25,149 bases of DNA. Source: Cyanophora paradoxa CCMP329. Its lineage: Eukaryota > Plantae > Glaucophyta. A model generated the notes under the pieces. It ran no database searches and had not been told where the DNA came from. It saw nothing but the letters and a program-made list of their open reading frames with translations. Positions 18,633 through 25,149 of this stretch are shown here, in pieces. The stretch is taken from contig QPMI01000386.1 in assembly GCA_004431415.1 (NCBI GenBank), positions 1 to 25,149 on the forward strand. Reading direction: 5' to 3'. The number at the start of each line of letters is the position of its first letter. Within the stretch, counting starts at the first letter, position 1. Made by a program: the position numbers and the translations under genes.

Positions 18633-21048
18633 CTACGCCTGGCAGTAGTCGGTGTTGAAGCCGAGGTGGCGGCGCAGCTTGAAGTCCTCCACCACCGTGA
18701 CCCTGCGCGGCGCCCGACGTCGGCCGGGGCGGCGCAGCAGGGCAGACCGGGGCCGGCAAGGGCGGGGGGGCGGGGGGGCGGGGCGGGGCGGACGTGGTGG
18801 TGATGACGAGGAGGATGGCGGAGACGGCGATGACGGCGGAGAGGATGAAGATCTCGATGGACTGCACGTAGCCGCGGTAGCGCTTGAGGAGGCGGTCCAC
18901 CACCCAGTGGCTCACCAGCGCCCCCGCGAGGCCGCACGAGCAGAACCAGATCGCGTAATCCCACCGCAGCATCCCGAAGACCGAGAAGGCCGTCGTGCTG
19001 CTCACCGACGTGAAGAGCTGCCCGGCGCGGCGTCAGGCGGGCCGGAGTGCACGCAAAGCCAGCAAGCAGAGCGGACGATCATGTAGGAGGAGGTTGCCAT
19101 GACGACCTGCGGGTGGAGGCCGAGGTCGAGCATGAGGGGGCCCTTGACGACGCCCCCGCCCAGCCCGAGCGCCCCCGCCACCATGCCCGCCCCCACCGAG
19201 TAGAGGGGGTACACGCGGATGCCGCGCTCCGTCCAGCGCACGTCGAAGGGCTTGAAGGGGAAGCCGAACCAGACCTTCCGGTCGTACTCCGCCTTCACCC
19301 ACCGCCTGCGCGCCCCCGCCGCCGCCGCGTCAGGGGCGCCCGGGCCGGGGCCGCCGGGGCGGGGCGGGGCGGGGCGGGCCCGTAGATGTAGGCGACGACG
19401 TAGAAGCCGAAGAAGGGGACCCAGATGAGGGACCACCAGACCGCCGTGCAGCCCTTGATCCCCACCACGCTGTGCGCTGCGGCCGCAGCCCGTCAGGCCC
19501 CGAGCCACCGCGGCGGGTCAGGCGGGGCGGACCGCCGCGGCCGCCGAGCATGAGGGTGCAGGTGAGGTACACGGCGGAGCAGGCGAGCAGCGCGAAGAAC
19601 TTCCGGAACTGCGCCCCCCGCCCCCCGCCGGCCCCCGCGTCGGCCGCGAAAGTCGGGCGGGGCGGGCGGGGCGGGGGAAGGGGGGTAGGGGGACCTGGAA
19701 GACGCGCTCCTTGAGGAGGATGCGGGCGACCTCGACGCTTGCGAGCTCCGCGTTCGTCTCCAGCGCCCGCCCCGCCTCCTCCCGCCGCTGCGCCCCGTTC
19801 GCCTGCCCGTTCCCCTGCCCGTTCGCCGCCGGGCCGCCCTTGGCGGGGCCGTTGGCCGCCTCGGAGGGCGGGGCCGGCGTGCCGGCGCCGCCGGCGAGCT
19901 TCATGGCCACGGCCGGCCCTGCCGCCCCGTCGCGCTCGCGCCGCGGCGCGGCGGCGGCGGAGCGGGGCGCACCGTAGAGCTGCGTCGACGGGCTCTGCAC
20001 GAACGGCGCCAAGGGAAGGCCGCCTGCGGGGCCCGTGAGGCGCGCCAACGGACGCGCGGGCGGGCGGGCGGGCGGGCGGACCGCCGCCGGGGGCGGCCGT
20101 TGCGGGCGAGGGCGAGGGCGGCTCGCCGACCTTGACCGAGACCTCCCGCGTCGAGACGTCGGCTGCGCGCGGGGCCGGCCGTTAGGCGCGGGCGGCACGG
20201 GCGGTGGGGCGGGCGGACGGGAGCGGATGGACTCGTCGGCGAGCCAGGCGGCGTCGCTCTGGAGGGCGAGGATGATGGAGGCGCGCCGCTGGGCCGCCCG
20301 GTCCATGAGGTACTGCTTCAGGCCCTTCCGCACGGTCGTCCACACCGTGTACACCACCATCAGCACGATCAGCTGCACGGACGCGCGCGCGCGGGCGTCG
20401 GGCGGCGGCGTCGCGGCCTCGCGGCGGGGCGGGGGGCGGGCGGGGCGGGGCGCGGACGATGTCGATGAGCCAGGTGGGGAGGGTGACGTTGAGGAGGACG
20501 CCGACCATCACCCCGGAGAGCGTCGTCGGCTCCAGCACCAGCGCCATGTCAAAGTCTGCCGCCCCACGTCGGGCCCCGTCTCGGGCCCCGCCGGACCCCG
20601 CGCCGCCCCCACGACCCGCGGCGGCCGAGCCGTGCGCACCAATGATGGGCCGGTCAGCGTGCGGGTGCCGCTTCCGGAAGAGCTGGATCATATTCCCTGC
20701 GCCGCCGCGTCATGCCCAGCGAGCCGCCGCGGCGCCCCGCCGGCCGCGGCGGCGCTGCGGCCGCAGCGAAACCCGCAGAAACGCGGCGCTCACCGAGCGA
20801 TACGCCGAAGATTGTGGCCTGCCGGCGGCGCTCAGTCGGAGGACGGAGCGTGGGAGCGGCGCGCAGACCTTGGAGAGGGGGATGGCCTCGCGGGTGGTGA
20901 AGCCGAGGGCAAAGATGAAGAGCGGCACGTACAGACCGCCGCCGCCGATTCCGCCGCCCGACGCCATCGCAGAGCCGGTGAAGACTCCGAGCGAGGCCAG
21001 CGCATGCCGCCAACCGAACCCCGGAAAGAGCGGCGCATAGCTCACCAT
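18633..21048 (-). CDS. Sulfite exporter TauE/SafE family membrane transporter (multi-exon)
   Basis: Signature motifs ASGGGIGGGGLYVP..GFTTREAIPLSK, RHPHADRPIIDFDMALVLEP.TL.G...GVLLN..LP.W and AGMVAGALGLGGGVVKGPLMLDLGLHPQVVMATSSYMILFTS. Ends HLGFNTDYCQA*. Confidence 0.93.
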
Positions 21049-21436
21049 CGCTAGCCTAACTAAAACAGCGGACGGAAACGACTCCTCGACCAAGACACAG
21101 CTCGCGCTGCGCCAGCCAGCCCGACGCCGGCCGGGCGCGGCAAGCTGCTAAAACGATTTCAACGCGCGTCGAGTGGACTTTTCGAGCACGACGCCGGGTG
21201 CGGCAGCGCTCTTGCGTTCTTTGATCAACGAAAGGGGGGGGACTGCAGCCTTGGGGGCTACAGTATTCGACGTGCGATGGACGCTCTGCTCCGGAGAGGC
21301 TTCAGCGATGGTGCGTGACCTGCCGCGTGTTTTTGCGTCCTCGGAGGCGCCTCGTGCGCGCCCCGGCTGGGAGAGCGGGGTTAGCAACGAGAGACCAGTC
21401 CTCCGGGGGGCGAGAGCGTAGCGCGTGCCACCTAGG

Positions 21437-23199
21437 ATGAAGATTCCTCGTAGATGAAGTCGTCGCCCGCTTCCCGACGCCGAGAATGAGAGCGCCCGAT
21501 GCGCCTTTGACGCTCGGCGCGCAGGGCCCCCGCCGGGCGCTCCACCGCCGCCGCAGGCACCAGCGAGCGGCTACGGGCGGCCCAAGATCGTCTCGTCGAG
21601 CAGCCCGACGCCAGGCGGCAGCGGTGGCATTCTGCCTCTCGTGCAGGCGGGGCCCTCGCGGTCGGATTCGGCGGCGCAGCAGCACTACTCGGCATACGCG
21701 GCGGGCTCGAAGCCGACGGGAGGAGACGGGGAGCTGACGCTGGACAGCCTCTTCGAGGAGGAGCACGCTGGGATCGGGGCGGGGCGGCACCAGTTGGAGG
21801 CCGCCTCGCAGCACGTCGCCATCAAGGCCGACAACGTCGGCTACCGCCTCCTCCAGAAGATGGGCTGGCAGGAGGGCATGGGCCTCGGCGGCCGCGGCCA
21901 CGGTGCCCGCCGCGCCGCGGCGCGACGTTTCGGGCGCGCGGGGCGTTGAGGCGGGGGCGGGGCAGGGCGGGTGGAGCCGATCAAGGTGGAGCTGAAGGAG
22001 GATCGGATGTGCCTGGGGCGGGCGGCGGCCGACGAGGCGGAGCTCGCCACCACCGAGCTCGTGCGCCCCGCCCCGCCCCGCCCCGCGCGCCGGCGCGCGG
22101 CGGGCGTGTGGCTGACGCGGGGGCGGGCCAGGCGTCGTCGCGGAAGCTGCTGGAGGTGGAGCGCACGCTGACGCCGGAGCAGCGGGCGCTGCGGGAGGCG
22201 GAGCGGCTCAAGAACGAGGCGATCCACGAGGAGCGCATGAACGTGATCAGCGTCTTCCGCTGCGACCTCTGCAACAAGCAGTACACCAAGGCCACCGAGT
22301 ACGAGGTCCGGCCCCGCCGCCCCGCGCACGCGCCCCGCCGCTCCGTTGCCGACGGGGGCGGGGCCGGGGGCAGGTGCACCTGGACAGCTACGACCACCAC
22401 CACAAGAAGCGCTTCGCGGAGACGAAGAAGCTCGCCCAGCGCGAGTCCCAGGTGCGCGCGCCCTCTCGCGCCCGCGGCCGGCGGCGGCTGACGCGGGGCG
22501 CGGCGCAGGCGGACTCGGCGCGGAAGGAGCAGAAGCGGATGGAGAAGGAGATGGAGAAGATGAGGAAGATGCAGCAGCAGCTGTGCGGCCCCGCCCCCGC
22601 CCCGCCCCGCCCCGGCGCCGCGCGGCGCGGCTCACGGGCGGGCAGGGCGGAGCACCAGCAGCGGCTCGGGAAGGCGGCGCCGGCGGCTTCGAGCAGCCCG
22701 GCGCCGGCGCCGGCGGCCCGGGGCCGTCGGAGGAGCCGGAGCCGCCGGGGCGGAGGAGCAGGGCGGGTGGAGCTCGGTGCCGGCCTCGGGGGCTGGGCGA
22801 CCGTCTCCGCCCCGAGCGGCGGCGGCTGGAGCTCTGTCCCGCCTCGGCCTCCGGCGGCGGCTGGGCCACTGTCTCCCACGGCGCCTCCGGCGGCGGCGGC
22901 GGCGGCGGCGGCGGGTGGTCGACGGTGGCGGCGCCGGACGCCCCCGCAGCGTCGGGCGGCGGCTGGTCGAGCGTCGCTGCCCCCGCGGCCTCCGGCGGCG
23001 GCTGGGCGAGCGTGGCGGCCCCCACGGCCCCCGCCGCGCCCTCGCCCTCGCCCTCTCCCTCGCCGCCCCCGGAGGGCCCCAAGCTGGGGATGAAGATCGG
23101 CTTTAACCTCGTGCGCCCCGCCCCGGCCCGCCCCGCCCCGCCCTGGCCGACTCGCCCCGGCCGACCCGCGCGCAGAACGCGAAGAAGCAGCGGACGTGA
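21437..23199 (+). CDS. G-patch domain + C2H2 zinc-finger protein (GPATCH8/ZNF804-like) with GGW-repeat tail
   Basis: MKIP|RPPPG (intron 21450-21524); G-patch IKADNVGYRLLQKMGWQEGMGLGGRGHGRVEPI; zinc finger FRCDLCNKQYTKATEYEVHLDSYDHHHKKR; C-terminal KLGMKIGFNL|NAKKQRT*. There are single-base frameshifts in the low-complexity tail. Confidence 0.9.
22762..23014 (+). repeat. Seven copies of a coding repeat GGW[AS][ST]V
   Basis: GGWSSV, GGWATV, GGGWSSV, GGGWATV, GGGWSTV, GGGWSSV, GGGWASV, read across two apparent 1-nt deletions in G/C runs. Confidence 0.85.
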
Positions 23200-23370
23200 G
23201 ATTAAGGCTCGGGCTCTACAGCGGACGCGGGCGGGCGGGGGGCTAGCCCTCCCTGTGGTGGAGGCCCCGCACGATCCGCTCGTACGCCGCCGAGCGGCGC
23301 GGGGCCGCCTCCCGCCCCCAGCCCTCCGGCGAGGCCCGCCGCCGCGGCCCCTCCTGCCCCCGCACTCCTG

Positions 23371-25149
23371 TTAGAATTGAAGAGGAGCCGAGCGGGACGC
23401 GCCGCGGACCGGGTTTGAGGCGGGCGTGGCGGCGTCGTGGGGGGAGAGGTGGGGCGCCAGCGCCGGCCAGGGCGACCCGAGAACGGGGTACGGCGCTGGG
23501 AGGGCGGCGCCAGTGCTGCCGCTGCCGCTGGCGGCGGCGGCGGGGCGCTCGAGGGGCGCGGCGGGGCCGGGAGGGCGGCCGCGCCCGCGGGAGGAAGGGC
23601 GAGGCGATGCGGAAGGGGGAAGAGGAGCGCCGCTGGGACGAGGGGGCGTGCGACGCGGCGCCCGCCCCGGCGCCGCGCGGGTTGCCGGCGCGGCGGCCGA
23701 CCGCCCGACGCGGGTGGAGGAGAGGGGGGCGCTGGCGGCCCCGCGCGCTGCGACGGGGCGGGCGCCGGTGTCTGGGGCGTGGCCAGCGCGGAGGCAAGTG
23801 CGGAGGAGTGGGCGGCGGGGGCGGGGACTCGTGGGGGGCGTCAGAGGGGCCCGGGTGGAGGGAGCGGGCCCAGTCCTCGACGCGGAGCAGCGCCGGCGAG
23901 GCGGCGGCGGGGGAGCGCGCCAGGGCCGGGGCTGCTGCCGGGGCGGTTGCCGCTGCCGGGGCGGGGGCGCGGGCGGGGACGGATGTCTGGAGGAGGGCGG
24001 CGATGGCGGCGGCGGCCTCGGCCGACTCGCGGTGCTCCCGCGCGCTCTCCTCCAGCCCCGCCCTGCGCCCCGCACCGGCGCCGGCCCCGTCAGGCGCGAG
24101 CTCGGGTGGAGGAGAGGGGGAGGGCGGGCGGGCCTGCCGCGGGCGGCGGCGGCGTCGGCCTCGAGGGCGGCGCGGAGGCGGCCCTCGGCCTCGAGGCGGG
24201 CGCGCAGCTCGGCCTTCTCGTCCGCCAGGCTCTGGATCAGGTGCTCCGCCGCCCGCAGCCGGCTCTCCGCCGCCCGCCGCCCCTCCTCCGCCGCCGCCGC
24301 CCCGCCGCTCGCCCCCACCGCCGCCGTCTCCGCCGCCGCCGCCCGCCGCTGCGCGCGGGGCGCGTCAGGCCGGCGGGGCCGTGGGGCCGTGCGGCGGGGG
24401 CCGCGGCGCGCCTCGAGATCTCGAAGGGCGTCGGAGAGGGCGGCGCGGGCGGCGCGCAGCTCGTTCAGCTCGTGGAAGTATGCGTCCGCCTGCGCTGGGC
24501 TCGCTCGGACGAAGGTGTTTGCGGGGCGGGGCGGGGGGCGGGGCGGACGCGGGAGGCGGCGGCGTCGCGCTCGGCGGCGAGGGCGCAGGCGAGGGCGGAG
24601 GCGTCGCCGGCCCGCCGCGCCTCCTCCGAGAGCGCCCGCCACGCCCCCGCCGCCTCCTCCCGCGCCCGCACCTCGCCGGCCCGCCCCCGCGCCGCCCCCT
24701 CCTCCGCCTCCTCCCGCCCCGCCGCGCCTCCGCCTCCGCCGCTCCGCCGCGCCCCGCGCCGCCTCCGCCTCCTCGGCCGCCGCGAGGGCCGCCCGCGCCC
24801 GGGCGTCGGCCTCGGCGGCGGCGGCCTCGGCGCGGACGGCGCGGGCGGCGGCGGCGCGGAGCGGGGCGGCCTCGTCCTCGGCGCGGCGGAGGGCGTCGCG
24901 GGCGGCGGCGAGCTCGGCGGCGAGGGCCTCCGCCTCGGCGCGGGCCTCGCGGGCGGCCCCCGCGGCGTGCCCGGCGCGCCCGGCCTCCTCGCGAGGGCGC
25001 TCCAGGCGCGGCCGGCGTCGGCGGCGGCGCGGAGGGCGGCCTCCTCGGCCGCGCGAGGGCCTCCGCCGTCTCCCGCGCGAGCCGCGAGGCCACGGCCGCC
25101 TCCGCCCGCGCCCCGTTCACCTCCGCCTCCGCCTCCGCCAGGAAGCCCC
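23371..25149 (-). CDS. Ala/Glu/Arg-rich coiled-coil protein, 5'-truncated by window edge
   Basis: Exons ADAYFHELNELRAARAALSDALRDLE, AESRLRAAEHLIQSLADEKAELRARLEAE and AGLEESAREHRESAEAAAAIAALLQ, then a Pro-rich tail. Stop uncertain (23371 or 23243). Confidence 0.65.

Noticed and set aside
21437-21489. Chain of overlapping ATGA stop/start mini-ORFs upstream of the G-patch ORF
   Set aside because: Explained by intron 21450-21524 (GTAG..TTGAC..GCAG), which joins ATG 21437 in frame to the G-patch coding sequence.
1-25149. Numerous long Arg/Pro/Gly/Ala-rich ORFs in the six-frame track (e.g. 4950-6572 +, 21841-23082 -, 17220-18473 -)
   Set aside because: Stop codons are rare at this GC content; these are antisense or off-frame shadows of the spliced genes.

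Overview
Extremely GC-rich, gene-dense eukaryotic (algal/protist-like) nuclear DNA. It is not prokaryotic, and most long six-frame ORFs are GC-rich shadows. Manual splicing of short (mostly ~48-100 nt) spliceosomal introns gives about 10 protein-coding genes, mostly in head-to-head pairs: a multi-pass membrane protein (partial), a coiled-coil protein, an acidic orphan, a type II membrane orphan, a WD40-like/coiled-coil protein, a gamma-glutamylcyclotransferase (AIG2/GGACT family), a PTB/hnRNP L-like RRM protein, a TauE/SafE transporter, a G-patch/C2H2 zinc-finger protein, and a partial coiled-coil protein. The most notable signals are: (1) an unusual splicing code with many GC-AG introns, including a recurrent GCCCGC donor; (2) a 109-bp exon+intron tandem amplification building an 18-aa coiled-coil repeat; (3) seven GGW[AS][ST]V repeats (possible Argonaute hook) on the G-patch protein; (4) one anomalously long, structured intron among micro-exons in the GGACT gene. 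Several frameshifts in G/C homopolymers are probably assembly errors. All gene models are manual predictions without transcript evidence.
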